DNA of 34,990 nucleotides from assembly GCA_039799185.1 (NCBI GenBank), contig JBDLTD010000002.1, positions 1 to 34,990 of the forward strand. The letters run 5' to 3'. Within the stretch, counting starts at the first letter, position 1, and every line of letters starts with the position of its first letter. Below, piece after piece: positions 20,966-31,464 of this stretch. A program made the position numbers and the translations under genes. A model generated the notes under the pieces. The model searched no databases, was not told the origin of the DNA, and worked only from the letters and a program-made list of their open reading frames with translations. This DNA is from Actinomycetota bacterium (GTDB lineage Bacteria > Actinomycetota > Actinomycetes > Nanopelagicales > Nanopelagicaceae).

Positions 20966-22110
20966 TGCAGATCATCGGAATCCTCGGCTTTATTGTTGCT
21001 TTACTTGCCTCTGTAATGATTCATGAGTTTGGCCATTACCTCACAGCCAAGCGCTACGGAATGAAGGTCAGCGAGTTCTTCTTAGGCTTTGGTACACGGA
21101 TTTGGTCAACAAAACGCGGTGAAACCGAGTTTGGACTTAAAGCGATTCCTGCAGGTGGTTATTGCAAGATTGAAGGAATGACTCCGGGTGATGCAATGCC
21201 TGAAGGAGAAGAGTCACGTGCTTTCTATACTGCCAAGTCTTCACAAAAGTTGATTGTGCTCGGGGCTGGTTCTTTTCTTCATTTTGTTCTTGGCTACATT
21301 CTTCTCTTTGCTCTATTTGCTGGTGTGGGTACTAATCAACTACTTCCAACAATTAATCAGGTAGTCAAAGGATCAGCGGCTCAATCTGCAGGCATCCTTG
21401 CAGGAGATGAAGTTCTAGCTATTAATGGCAAGCAAGTTGATAATTGGTACAAAGATGTGCAGATAATCCGTAACTCCAATGGCGCACCTCTGACTTTATT
21501 GATTGCACGTGGTGGCGAGCAAGTGACAATTACTGCTTCGGCAAAGCTGGAAACTATTGATGGTACAGAGCGCTTTGTCCTTGGAATCATTAACGATGTG
21601 GGAATTAAGCGCTCTGATGTTGTTACATCTGCCAAGAACTCAGGGATTGTCACTAAGGATTTCTTAGTACAAAGCGTTAAGTCACTCATCAATCTTCCAT
21701 CAAAGATTCCTGCTTTGTGGGGACAAACCGTCTCTGGGCAAACCCGTGATCCCAATGGTTTAGTTGGTGTTGTTGGGGTTGCGCGCGTATCTGGACAGGC
21801 TGTTGGAAGTGATGCGCTTTCGATCACTGAGCGTCTGTCAACATTTATATTAATTATTGCAAGCTTAAATATCTTCGTTGGTTTATTTAATCTCTTGCCA
21901 ATATTGCCACTCGATGGCGGCCATATGGCAGTTGCTATAGCCGATGAGATTCGTGCATTTATTGCACGCCTTCGTGGCCGAGCACGCCCGGCAGCAATTG
22001 ATGTGACTTTGCTGACCCCAATAACCATGGTGGTCTTCGTAATTCTGGCGGCCCTTACGGTTCTGCTCCTGATTGCAGACATCGTTAATCCAGTTGTACT
22101 TAATCTTTAG
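20965..22110 (+). CDS. M50 intramembrane zinc metalloprotease (RseP/Rip1-like) with PDZ domain
   Basis: HEFGH and [12 protein letters not shown]; located between dxr and ispG. Confidence 0.93.
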   Translation: MQIIGILGFIVALLASVMIHEFGHYLTAKRYGMKVSEFFLGFGTRIWSTKRGETEFGLKAIPAGGYCKIEGMTPGDAMPEGEESRAFYTAKSSQKLIVLGAGSFLHFVLGYILLFALFAGVGTNQLLPTINQVVKGSAAQSAGILAGDEVLAINGKQVDNWYKDVQIIRNSNGAPLTLLIARGGEQVTITASAKLETIDGTERFVLGIINDVGIKRSDVVTSAKNSGIVTKDFLVQSVKSLINLPSKIPALWGQTVSGQTRDPNGLVGVVGVARVSGQAVGSDALSITERLSTFILIIASLNIFVGLFNLLPILPLDGGHMAVAIADEIRAFIARLRGRARPAAIDVTLLTPITMVVFVILAALTVLLLIADIVNPVVLNL

Positions 22111-22142
22111 CGCAACCAGCATTCTTACGGCACAATAGCGCC

Positions 22143-23294
22143 ATGGTTGATTTAGGAATCCCAAGCGCACCACCTGCCACACTCAGCCCGCGCCGAAAGA
22201 CGCGCCAGATGATGGTGGGCAAAGTTGGCGTTGGAAGTGATTTTCCGGTCAGCGTTCAATCAATGTGTACAACTCTTACAGCAGATGTGAATGCAACTTT
22301 GCAGCAAATTGCAGAGTTAACGGCTTCAGGATGTCAGATAGTTCGCGTGGCAGTTCCAAGCCAAGATGATGCTGACGCATTGGCGCAGATTGCTAAGAAG
22401 TCTCAGATTCCAGTTATTGCAGATATTCACTTTCAACCTAAATATATTTTTGCGGCAATTGATGCCGGTTGCGCCGCAGTTCGAGTAAATCCTGGCAACA
22501 TCAAGCAATTTGATGACAAAGTCAAAGAGGTTGCAAAAGCTGCAGGAGATGCAGGAATTCCAATTCGTATTGGCGTTAACGCCGGTTCATTAGATCCACG
22601 CCTTCTTGCTAAGTATGGAAAAGCAACACCTGAGGCATTAGCTGAATCAGCCCTGTGGGAAGCATCGCTATTTGAAGAACATGGTTTTTCAGATATTAAA
22701 ATCTCGGTTAAACACCATGACCCAGTAATTATGGTCAATGCCTATCGCATTCTTGCTGCAAAGTGTGATTATCCATTGCACCTAGGTGTGACAGAGGCTG
22801 GTCCGATTTTCCAAGGAACAATTAAGTCAGCAACTGCTTTTGGAATTTTGCTAGCAGAAGGCATCGGCGACACCATTCGTGTTTCCCTTTCAGCTCCACC
22901 AGTTGAAGAAGTCAAGGTTGGAATTTCAATTCTAGAATCACTAAATCTTCGTCAACGTAAACTAGAAATTGTTTCTTGTCCTTCATGTGGGCGCGCTCAA
23001 GTTGATGTGTATACATTGGCAGAAAAGGTTCAAGCAGGATTACAAGGTATGACTGTTCCTTTACGCGTTGCTGTTATGGGCTGTGTTGTTAATGGTCCAG
23101 GAGAGGCACGTGAGGCAGATCTTGGAGTTGCATCAGGAAATGGCAAGGGCCAGATATTTGTTAAGGGCCAAGTTATTAAAACTGTTCCGGAAGCCCAAAT
23201 CGTTGAAACTTTAATTGAAGAAGCGATGCGATTAGCCGAAGAAATGGAAGCCGCTGGCGTTGCTTCAGGGCAACCATCAGTTGATGTTCGATAG
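22143..23294 (+). CDS. ispG: 4-hydroxy-3-methylbut-2-enyl diphosphate synthase
   Basis: [33 protein letters not shown] and [10 protein letters not shown]. Confidence 0.98.
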   Translation: MVDLGIPSAPPATLSPRRKTRQMMVGKVGVGSDFPVSVQSMCTTLTADVNATLQQIAELTASGCQIVRVAVPSQDDADALAQIAKKSQIPVIADIHFQPKYIFAAIDAGCAAVRVNPGNIKQFDDKVKEVAKAAGDAGIPIRIGVNAGSLDPRLLAKYGKATPEALAESALWEASLFEEHGFSDIKISVKHHDPVIMVNAYRILAAKCDYPLHLGVTEAGPIFQGTIKSATAFGILLAEGIGDTIRVSLSAPPVEEVKVGISILESLNLRQRKLEIVSCPSCGRAQVDVYTLAEKVQAGLQGMTVPLRVAVMGCVVNGPGEAREADLGVASGNGKGQIFVKGQVIKTVPEAQIVETLIEEAMRLAEEMEAAGVASGQPSVDVR

Positions 23295-23303
23295 GCTCAC
23301 ACT

Positions 23304-25028
23304 ATGCTAAAAATGTCTACGCTCTTTTTGCGTACATTGCGTGATGACCCAGCAGATGCTGAAGTTGCAAGCCATCGCTTATTAGTAAGAGCGGGATATA
23401 TTCGCCGTATTGCAGCTGGAATTTATTCATGGTTACCCCTTGGAGTTATCACTCTTCGTAACGTTGAAAACGTTATTCGACAAGAGATGGATCAAGCCGG
23501 ATTTCAAGAAGTTCATTTCCCAGCACTTTTGCCACGTGAGGCATATGAGGCAACGAATCGTTGGGAAGAGTACGGACCATCCCTGTTTCGTCTTCAAGAT
23601 CGTCGTGGCGCAGATTATCTATTAGGGCCAACACATGAAGAGATGTTTACCTTGATGGTTAAAGGTGAATATTCATCCTATAAAGATCTTCCGCTTTCTA
23701 TCTATCAAATTCAAACTAAGTATCGCGATGAGGCACGCCCTCGCAGCGGAATCATCCGCGGGCGTGAGTTTGTGATGAAGGATTCTTATTCATTTGATAT
23801 CGATGATGCAGGCTTAGAAACTTCCTATCAAAAGCACCGTGAGGCATATGTCAGTTGCTTTAATCGACTAGGAATGAAATACAACATTGTTAAGGCTGTC
23901 TCAGGGGCAATGGGTGGATCTAAATCTGAAGAGTTCTTAGCTCCATGCCCAACCGGTGAAGACACATATGTTCTTTGTCCTAAGTGCGGCTTTGCTGCAA
24001 ATGTTGAAGCGATGGTTACTAAAGTTCCAGCTGGTGATGCCTCTGCTACACCAGCACTTGAAGTGTTGAACACACCAAACACACCAACTATTGATTCACT
24101 TGTTGACCTCATGAATGCCCAATTTGGTGGGGGACATACCGCAGCTGATACTTTGAAAAACATTATGCTGATGGCCGATGGAAAGCCGCTAGCGATTTTG
24201 GTTCCTGGTGATCGCGAAGTTGATTTGAAGCGTTTACAAGAAAATCTTGGAGGCGTTCACGAACTTCGAGTATTTGAAGAGGCCGACTTTGCTAAACACC
24301 CTTCACTTGTTAAGGGATATATCGGTCCACAGGATGCTGCAAAATCTGGAATTAAGGTTCTAGCTGATCCACGTGTGGCACCAGGAACGTCATGGATTAG
24401 CGGTGCAAATAAGAAGGATCACCACGCACGCTACGTTGTTAATGGTCGTGACTTCACACCTGATGCTTACGTTGAAGCAGCTGAAGTTCGCGCTGGAGAC
24501 AACTGCCCTGAGTGCAATACAGAAATCATTATTGATCGTGCTATTGAAATCGGTCATATTTTCCAACTTGGTCGCAAGTATGCAGAAGCGCTAAGCCTTA
24601 CGGTCTTAGATCAGAACGGTAAATCCCAAGTAGTAACTATGGGTTCTTACGGTATTGGCGTTTCACGCGCCGTTGCAGCTATTGCTGAACAGACAAGTGA
24701 TGAAATTGGGCTTAACTGGCCAGCAGAAATTGCACCAGCAAAAGTGCATATCGTTGCCACAGGTAAAGAAGATCTGCCATTTGATACAGCCCTTCAAATT
24801 GGTCAAAAGTTAGAAGCTGCCGGCATTTCAGTGATGCTAGATGATCGCCGCGATGCAAGTGCTGGCGTTAAGTTCAAGGATGCAGAGCTGATAGGTAATC
24901 CAATTATTGTCGTTGTCGGTAAAGCGCTGGCTGAAGGTAAAGTCGAAGTCCGTGTTCGCAAGAGCGGAGACAAGAGTGAAGTTGTTGTTGCAGATGCAGT
25001 GTCAACAATTACCAAGTTACTAGCTTAG
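23304..25028 (+). CDS. proS: Proline--tRNA ligase (bacterial type with editing domain)
   Basis: [36 protein letters not shown] and EIGHIFQLG; candidate leaderless -10 TAGGCT at 23292-97. Confidence 0.98.
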   Translation: MLKMSTLFLRTLRDDPADAEVASHRLLVRAGYIRRIAAGIYSWLPLGVITLRNVENVIRQEMDQAGFQEVHFPALLPREAYEATNRWEEYGPSLFRLQDRRGADYLLGPTHEEMFTLMVKGEYSSYKDLPLSIYQIQTKYRDEARPRSGIIRGREFVMKDSYSFDIDDAGLETSYQKHREAYVSCFNRLGMKYNIVKAVSGAMGGSKSEEFLAPCPTGEDTYVLCPKCGFAANVEAMVTKVPAGDASATPALEVLNTPNTPTIDSLVDLMNAQFGGGHTAADTLKNIMLMADGKPLAILVPGDREVDLKRLQENLGGVHELRVFEEADFAKHPSLVKGYIGPQDAAKSGIKVLADPRVAPGTSWISGANKKDHHARYVVNGRDFTPDAYVEAAEVRAGDNCPECNTEIIIDRAIEIGHIFQLGRKYAEALSLTVLDQNGKSQVVTMGSYGIGVSRAVAAIAEQTSDEIGLNWPAEIAPAKVHIVATGKEDLPFDTALQIGQKLEAAGISVMLDDRRDASAGVKFKDAELIGNPIIVVVGKALAEGKVEVRVRKSGDKSEVVVADAVSTITKLLA

Positions 25029-25032
25029 AAAA

Positions 25033-25815
25033 GTGTTTGCTGACTTAACCCTTGCTACGGGCCTCTTTCTCATCTCTGCCTCCTTTTTTGCAGGATTTGT
25101 TGATTCAATCGCAGGTGGTGGGGGATTAATCCAACTTCCAGCCTTACTCATTGGTTTGCCTAAAACAGATACAGTCACAGTTCTTGGAACAAATAAATTA
25201 GGCTCAGTCTTTGGTACTACAACAGCTGCCGCTCTATATCGTCGCCAGATTAAGCCTGACATAAGAGTTCTTGCAGCGATGGCGTTGCCAGCATTTGTTG
25301 GATCGGCAATTGGGGCATCGCTAGCCTCACGAATTCCAACACAGTCAATGCGCCCAATAGTTTTAGTTCTACTCATTGTTGTTGCAATATATACATGGCT
25401 TAAGCCTGATTTAGGAAAAATCGAATTACTGCGGCACGCACCAAAGCAGCGAATTCAGATATCAATTGCAGCTGGATTAATCATCGGTTTCTATGATGGA
25501 ATCTTTGGACCTGGCACAGGTTCATTCCTGATGTTGATCTTGGTGGTGTCACTTGGGTATGCCTTCATCACAGCATCTGCGATTGCTAAAGTTGTAAATG
25601 TTTCAACGAATGTTGGTGCGATTTTGATTTTTGGTTTGCATGGAGCAATCATTTGGCAGCTGGGATTGATACTGGGAGCAGCCAATGTGACGGGTGCTAT
25701 TTTTGGTTCGCGTCTTGCCATTAGGGGTGGTTCAGTCCTGGTCCGTAAGGTTTTCCTCATTGTTACGCTGGCTTTAATCCTCAAGGTAGGAATTGATACT
25801 TTCGCATCTTTCTAG
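25033..25815 (+). CDS. TSUP (TauE/SafE, YfcA-like) family membrane transporter
   Basis: AGFVDSIAGGGGLIQLP, GTNK and GFYDGIFGPGTGSF motifs. Confidence 0.88.
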   Translation: MFADLTLATGLFLISASFFAGFVDSIAGGGGLIQLPALLIGLPKTDTVTVLGTNKLGSVFGTTTAAALYRRQIKPDIRVLAAMALPAFVGSAIGASLASRIPTQSMRPIVLVLLIVVAIYTWLKPDLGKIELLRHAPKQRIQISIAAGLIIGFYDGIFGPGTGSFLMLILVVSLGYAFITASAIAKVVNVSTNVGAILIFGLHGAIIWQLGLILGAANVTGAIFGSRLAIRGGSVLVRKVFLIVTLALILKVGIDTFASF

Positions 25816-25856
25816 TTACAATTGAGCCACAACTTAATAAGAAAGCAGAAATACTC

Positions 25857-26330
25857 ATGGCTCTTAAGGATTCATTGACCGAACTTCTCACCCCAGCTGT
25901 TGAAAACGCGGGATTTTTCTTAGAAGAAGTTCAAATACAAAAAGCCGGTAATCACAGCACTGTTATCTGTGTTGTTGATGGATTAAAACCTTTAAACATG
26001 GATGAAGTTACATCTGTTTCGCGCGTGATCTCAGAGCTTTTAGACAATGAATCTTCATTGGGAGATAACCCATTTACATTAGAAGTTACCTCACCTGGTG
26101 TTGATCGTCCACTTACTTTGCCTCGTCACTGGACTAAAAACCTCACTCGATTAATCAAGATGACGCTCAATGACGGAACCGTTCTTACGGCCAGACTGGG
26201 TGAATTTAACGATACGCATGCCCAGTTAGTTGAAAATATCAAAGGGCGGATGAAAAACCATGAGATTGCCTTTGCCGATATTAAGCGCGCGGTAGTTGAA
26301 ATTGAATTTAATCGAAAGGATGACAACTAA
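25857..26330 (+). CDS. rimP: Ribosome maturation factor RimP
   Basis: FTLEVTSPGVDRPL and C-terminal VEIEFNR; upstream of nusA; candidate -10 TACAAT at 25817-22. Confidence 0.95.
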   Translation: MALKDSLTELLTPAVENAGFFLEEVQIQKAGNHSTVICVVDGLKPLNMDEVTSVSRVISELLDNESSLGDNPFTLEVTSPGVDRPLTLPRHWTKNLTRLIKMTLNDGTVLTARLGEFNDTHAQLVENIKGRMKNHEIAFADIKRAVVEIEFNRKDDN

Positions 26331-27304
26331 TGCATGTTGAGATGTCAGCCCTAGTAGAGCTCACTAATGAAAAAGGCATTCCGCTAGAACAGTTGATTCA
26401 AGCAATTGAGGTCGGAGTTCTCACTGCCTATAACCAGACTGATGAAGCCAAGCGTCATGCTCATGCCGTACTTGATCGTGAGTCAGGTGAGATTCAGATT
26501 TTGATTCCGCAGTTCAATGAAATCGGCGAGAAAATCGGCGATGAGCAAGATATGCCTGAGGGTTTCTCACGTGTTGCCACATCAACTGCCAGACAAGTAA
26601 TCAAGATGAAGATGCGTGAGACTAATGACGCATCAATCGTTGCCGAGTTCACCGCCAATGTTGGAGATGTTATCTCTGGTGTTGTTCAGCAAGGGCGCGA
26701 TCCAAAAATGATTCTTGTGAACCTAGGTCGATTTGAAGGACGCATCCCGCCACAGGAACAAGTACCGGGTGAGGTTTATAACCATGGTGATCGCATCAAG
26801 TGCTTTGTTGTTGAAGTAAAACAAGGATTAAAAGGTCCAGAGATCATGTTATCTCGCAGCCACCCAGCACTTGTTAAGCAGTTATTTGCACTAGAAGTTC
26901 CTGAAATCAATGATCGTATTGTTGAAATCATGGCAGTTGCGCGCGAAGCAGGTCATCGCACAAAGATTGCAGTTCGCTCACACCGTGCAGGTGTTAGCCC
27001 TAAGGGTTCATTAATTGGTCCAATGGGTGCACGTGCTCGCGCAGTGATGGATGAATTACATGGAGAGAAAATCGATATTGTGGATTGGTCAGAAGATCCT
27101 GCAACATTTGTTGGACATTCACTTGCACCAGCCAAAGTTGCATCCGTGCAAATCACTGACCTTGCTGGACGCTCTGCCAAGGTGGTTGTGCCTGATTACC
27201 AACTCTCACTTGCCATTGGAAAAGATGGGCAAAATGCACGCTTAGCGGCCCGCTTAACTGGCTGGCGAATCGATATTCACCCAGACAATCCGATTGAGGC
27301 CTAA
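26330..27304 (+). CDS. nusA: Transcription termination/antitermination factor NusA
   Basis: LFALEVPEI, AREAGHRTKIAV, GEKIDIV and QLSLAIGKDGQNARLAARLTGWRIDI. Confidence 0.98.
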   Translation: MHVEMSALVELTNEKGIPLEQLIQAIEVGVLTAYNQTDEAKRHAHAVLDRESGEIQILIPQFNEIGEKIGDEQDMPEGFSRVATSTARQVIKMKMRETNDASIVAEFTANVGDVISGVVQQGRDPKMILVNLGRFEGRIPPQEQVPGEVYNHGDRIKCFVVEVKQGLKGPEIMLSRSHPALVKQLFALEVPEINDRIVEIMAVAREAGHRTKIAVRSHRAGVSPKGSLIGPMGARARAVMDELHGEKIDIVDWSEDPATFVGHSLAPAKVASVQITDLAGRSAKVVVPDYQLSLAIGKDGQNARLAARLTGWRIDIHPDNPIEA

Positions 27305-27311
27305 GGGCATT

Positions 27312-27452
27312 ATGTATTCAGGCCTCGGGTTCGATACCATGGGGCATTGCTTGAACCGAAGAAATGGATAAGAAAGATATGAAACTCAAATGAGCTCGCT
27401 AGAACTATGAGGTCGTACAACTAGGGCTTGCATGTGAAGTTTCATGCGGGCC
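27312..27452 (+). promoter_or_regulatory. Relay of four overlapping mini-ORFs plus a 10-bp hairpin in the infB leader
   Basis: 27312-27371 MYSGLGFDTMGHCLNRRNG*; 27364-27393 MDKKDMKLK*; 27390-27410 MSSLEL*; 27407-27424 MRSYN*; hairpin GGCTTGCATG/CATGCGGGCC at 27425-27452. Confidence 0.6.
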
Positions 27453-27467
27453 AAGACAGGGGAAAAA

Positions 27468-30134
27468 GTGTCAAAGGTCCGCGTACACGAGTTAGCAAAG
27501 CAACTCGGTATGGAGAGCAAGGTCGTCCTTGCAAAGCTCCAAGAAATGGGCGAATTCGTCCGATCAGCATCATCGACAGTAGAAGCGCCAGTTGTGCGCA
27601 AGCTCATCGAGATGTATCCCGATGCAAAACCTGCAGAGGAAAAAAAGCCTGTCAAAAAGGCTGCTGCTAAAAAAGCCGCTGCAAAACCTAAGGGCGAAGT
27701 AAGTGCAGAACAAGCTGCTGAGTTAGCTGCAGAACTTGGCGTTGATATTAATGCCCTTAAAGCACAGCAAGAGCGTGTTGAAGCTGCAAAGGCGGAATCT
27801 GCAAAGACACATGCAGCTGAAGTATTTGCTGAAGAAAAATCTGAACTTCCAAAACCTGCACCACGTCCAGGTAATAATCCATTTTCAACTGGTGGAGCAG
27901 TTCCACGCCCACCACGTCCAGGTAATAATCCATTTTCAACTGGTGGCACAACACCACGTCCACCACAACGTCCGGGCGGTGCACCGCAACGTCCTGGAAT
28001 GTCAGGACCGCGTCCAGGTTCAGTTCGTCCAGGATTTGCTGCACGTCCACCAGGGGCTCGTCCACCAGCAGGTGCTGGTTTTCCTCCACGTACTGGAGCT
28101 CCTACAACTGGTGCACCAGCATCTCCTTATAAATCAAATGCAGGTGGAGCACCAGCAGGTGGTCCACAGCGTCCAGGTGGCGGTCGTCCACCACAACGTG
28201 GCGGGGCAGGCGGAGCATTTGGAAAAAATGCGAGCAAGAAATCAGGACGCAAATCTAAATCTAGAAAAGCATTGCGCGATGAATTCGACAATATGCAAGC
28301 ACCACAACTTGGTGGAGCAGTTGTTCCACACGGTGATGGCAAGACTCCTATTCGTATGCGCCGCGGTGCTTCATTGGCAGATTTTGCAGACAAGATCAAT
28401 GCAGATCCAGCAGCGCTAGTTGCAGCACTCTTTCACTTAGGTGAGATGGTTACAGCAACCCAGTCTGTGGATGCAGATACTTTTGAAATTCTTGGTGTTC
28501 AACTTGGATATGACATTCAAATTGTTAGCCCAGAAGATGAAGACCGTGAACTACTACAAGGCTTTGATATTGATCTAACTGACGAACTCAGTGATATCGA
28601 TCCCGATTTGTTAGTTGCACGTCCTCCAGTTGTGACCGTTATGGGTCACGTTGACCACGGTAAAACTTCGCTTTTGGATGCAATTCGAAAGAGTGAAGTA
28701 ATGAAGTCAGAAGCTGGCGGAATTACACAGCACATTGGTGCCTATCAGATTCACCATGATCATCACGGTGTTAATCGCGCAATTACATTTATTGATACAC
28801 CAGGTCACGAGGCTTTCACAGCTATGCGTGCTCGTGGTGCCAAGGTAACTGATATTGCAGTTCTTGTAGTTGCTGCAGATGATGGAATCATGCCTCAGAC
28901 AATTGAAGCGTTAAACCACGCTCAAGCAGCTGATGTTCCAATCGTTGTGGCCGTTAACAAGATGGATAAAGAGGGTGCGAACCCAGATAAGGTCCGTCAG
29001 CAGTTAACTGAGTACAACTTGATCGCAGAAGAGTACGGCGGAGAAACAATCTTCGTAAATGTTTCTGCTAAATCAGGTCAAGGCGTTCAAGATTTGATTG
29101 AATCAATTCTTCTTACCGCCGATGCAGCAATTGATCTGCGAGCTGTGGCAGATGATTCTGCTCGTGGTGTTGCCATTGAAGCTCACCTTGATCGTGGTCG
29201 TGGTCCAGTTACAACAGTTCTAGTTCAACGTGGAACTCTAAGAATTGGTGATCCAATTGTTGCCGGTGGCGCATTTGGTCGCGTTCGTGCGATGCTGGAT
29301 GAGAATGGTGACGCTGTTGAAACAGCTGGTCCATCACGTCCAGTTCAGGTTCTTGGTTTCACATCTGTTCCAAGTGCTGGAGATACATTCTTAGTTGCCG
29401 ATGAAGATCGCACAGCTCGTCAGATCGCTGAAAAGCGTCAAGCTGCTGAGCGTAACGCCCAACTTGCTAAGGCACGCAAGAAGGTCTCACTTGAAGACTT
29501 TATGGAGCAATCCAAGATCACTACTCTTAATTTGATTCTTAAGGGTGACGTAAGTGGATCTGTGGAAGCTCTAGAAGAGGCATTGATGCAGCTCGATGTT
29601 GGCGCAGAAGTTGATCTTCGCGTTATTCACCGTGGTGTTGGTGCAATTACTAAGAGCGATATTACGTTGGCATCAGCATCTACTGCAGTAGTGATCGGCT
29701 TTAACGTTAAGCCAGAACCACAGACTGCAATCTTTGCTGATCAAGAAGGCGTTGAAGTTCGCTTCTACTCAGTTATCTACCAAGCAATTGAAGAGATTGA
29801 GCTCTCTCTTAAGGGTCTGCTCAAGCCAATCTATGAAGAAGCGATCATTGGTAACGCTGAAGTTCGTGAGATCTTCAAATCTTCTAAGGCTGGAAATATT
29901 GCTGGTTCACTTGTTAAGGATGGATCTATCCGACGTAATGCAAAGGCACGTATTTTGCGTGGCGAAACCCTCATCCTGGATAACCTCACAATCGACTCAC
30001 TTAAGCGCTTTAAAGATGATGCAACTGAAGTCAAAGAAGGCTTCGAGTGCGGAATTGGTCTTGGCAATATGAAGGATCTTCAAATTGGCGACACCATTCA
30101 AGTCTTTGAGATGCGCGAGAAAAAGCGGGTATAG
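27468..30134 (+). CDS. infB: Translation initiation factor IF-2
   Basis: GTG 27468 (SD AGGGG) gives (M)[10 protein letters not shown], a Pro/Gly-rich linker, [17 protein letters not shown] and NKMD. Confidence 0.98.
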   Translation: MSKVRVHELAKQLGMESKVVLAKLQEMGEFVRSASSTVEAPVVRKLIEMYPDAKPAEEKKPVKKAAAKKAAAKPKGEVSAEQAAELAAELGVDINALKAQQERVEAAKAESAKTHAAEVFAEEKSELPKPAPRPGNNPFSTGGAVPRPPRPGNNPFSTGGTTPRPPQRPGGAPQRPGMSGPRPGSVRPGFAARPPGARPPAGAGFPPRTGAPTTGAPASPYKSNAGGAPAGGPQRPGGGRPPQRGGAGGAFGKNASKKSGRKSKSRKALRDEFDNMQAPQLGGAVVPHGDGKTPIRMRRGASLADFADKINADPAALVAALFHLGEMVTATQSVDADTFEILGVQLGYDIQIVSPEDEDRELLQGFDIDLTDELSDIDPDLLVARPPVVTVMGHVDHGKTSLLDAIRKSEVMKSEAGGITQHIGAYQIHHDHHGVNRAITFIDTPGHEAFTAMRARGAKVTDIAVLVVAADDGIMPQTIEALNHAQAADVPIVVAVNKMDKEGANPDKVRQQLTEYNLIAEEYGGETIFVNVSAKSGQGVQDLIESILLTADAAIDLRAVADDSARGVAIEAHLDRGRGPVTTVLVQRGTLRIGDPIVAGGAFGRVRAMLDENGDAVETAGPSRPVQVLGFTSVPSAGDTFLVADEDRTARQIAEKRQAAERNAQLAKARKKVSLEDFMEQSKITTLNLILKGDVSGSVEALEEALMQLDVGAEVDLRVIHRGVGAITKSDITLASASTAVVIGFNVKPEPQTAIFADQEGVEVRFYSVIYQAIEEIELSLKGLLKPIYEEAIIGNAEVREIFKSSKAGNIAGSLVKDGSIRRNAKARILRGETLILDNLTIDSLKRFKDDATEVKEGFECGIGLGNMKDLQIGDTIQVFEMREKKRV
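27859..27946 (+). repeat. Two identical 37-nt direct repeats (period 51) encoding [12 protein letters not shown] in the IF2 linker
   Basis: CACCACGTCCAGGTAATAATCCATTTTCAACTGGTGG at 27859-27895 and 27910-27946. Confidence 0.9.
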
Positions 30135-30136
30135 CA

Positions 30137-30571
30137 ATGGCAGCATCACACCGCAGCCAAAAGGTTGCAGACCGAATCAAAGTAATTGTGGCGCAGTTGC
30201 TTGAGACAAAGATCAAAGATCCACGTCTTGGCTTCGTCACCGTTACTGATGCACGCGTTACTGGCGATCTCCAACAAGCCTCAGTTTTCTATACAGTGCT
30301 AGGTGATATCGACCAACGTGCTGCAACAACTGCCGCGCTTGAGAGTGCAAACGGTGCAATCAGATCAGCACTTGGACGTGAACTAGGTTTGCGAATCACG
30401 CCCACACTTGCATTCTTTGAAGATGGTTTGCCAGAGAGTGCTAAAGCACTTGATTCATTGCTTACAAAAGTACATGAGTTAGATGCTGAAGTTGCTGCTC
30501 TTCGCGCTAATGCAACATATGCCGGGGGAGAAGATCCATATAAAGCCCCTCGCGTTATTGACGAGGACTAA
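30137..30571 (+). CDS. rbfA: Ribosome-binding factor A
   Basis: IKDPRLGFVTVTD.RVTGDL..A.V.YT and LR.TP.L.F; follows infB. Confidence 0.96.
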   Translation: MAASHRSQKVADRIKVIVAQLLETKIKDPRLGFVTVTDARVTGDLQQASVFYTVLGDIDQRAATTAALESANGAIRSALGRELGLRITPTLAFFEDGLPESAKALDSLLTKVHELDAEVAALRANATYAGGEDPYKAPRVIDED

Positions 30572-30573
30572 TC

Positions 30574-31446
30574 ATCGAGCACGGATTTCTGGTTGTAGAT
30601 AAAGAACCAGGTATGACAAGCCACGATGTTGTTGCTATTGCACGGCGCGCACTTGGTACACGCAAAGTTGGCCATGCCGGAACTCTTGATCCAATGGCCA
30701 CAGGTATCTTGGTTTTAGGTTTTAATAACGGCACACGATTGCTTCAATACATCACCAATGGCGATAAAAGCTATACAGCCACAGTTGTTCTAGGTGCTGC
30801 AACAGTCACAGATGATGTTGAAGGTGAAGTTATTTCACGTGGTGATGTTTCAGGCATTACTGATTCTCAAATCGAATCAGAGCTTGTGAAAATGCGCGGC
30901 ACAATTATGCAACGTCCTAGTTCGGTATCGGCTGTGAAAGTTGATGGTGAACGTGCCTATGATCGCGTCAGAGCGGGTGAAAGCGTTGAACTAGCTTCTC
31001 GTGAAGTCACAATTTCACAGTTAGATATCACAGCTATACGCCGAGTTGAAAACGCTATTGAAGTTGATATTGAAGTGACCTGTTCTGCCGGCACATTTAT
31101 TCGAGCCATAGCCCGAGATTGTGGTGGTGCACTTGCAGTGGGGGGACACTTGAATGCATTGCGCCGCACGCGAGTTGCTGGCTTTGGATTAGAAAAGGCC
31201 ATCTCCCTCACATCTCTCAAAGCAGGGGAGTTTGCAACGTTGCCACTAGTTGATGTCGCACGAACAACATTTACTGCACGTGAGCTTGCACTTGAGGAAG
31301 TAAATGAACTTTCCTTTGGACGCCCACTGAGCCCAAATCCAGATGAAGCGATCTATGCTGCAATTTCAGGTGAAGAGCTCATTGCGCTGTTGTGTAACAA
31401 GGATGCTTTAGCCAAGCCAATCGCCGTATTCGCAGCGGCTAACTAG
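30574..31446 (+). CDS. truB: tRNA pseudouridine(55) synthase; probable non-canonical ATC start (30571 or 30574)
   Basis: GFLVVDKEPGMTSHDVV, KVGHAGTLDPMATG and CSAGTFIR. The conserved N-terminal VDK motif lies upstream of the first ATG (30613). Confidence 0.93.
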   Translation: MEHGFLVVDKEPGMTSHDVVAIARRALGTRKVGHAGTLDPMATGILVLGFNNGTRLLQYITNGDKSYTATVVLGAATVTDDVEGEVISRGDVSGITDSQIESELVKMRGTIMQRPSSVSAVKVDGERAYDRVRAGESVELASREVTISQLDITAIRRVENAIEVDIEVTCSAGTFIRAIARDCGGALAVGGHLNALRRTRVAGFGLEKAISLTSLKAGEFATLPLVDVARTTFTARELALEEVNELSFGRPLSPNPDEAIYAAISGEELIALLCNKDALAKPIAVFAAAN

Positions 31447-31464
31447 GTCTGAGACAATATAAAC

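Noticed and set aside
21381-22082. Long antisense ORFs (233 aa here; also 27386-27949, 13578-14057 and others) and the alternate-frame ORF 27736-28419
   Set aside because: Shadows of well-supported genes caused by codon bias or low complexity; no recognisable motifs or RBS.
27859-28200. CRISPR-like or other repeat array
   Set aside because: Only two exact copies plus degenerate CCACGTCC units, all in frame within the Pro/Arg/Gly-rich IF2 linker.
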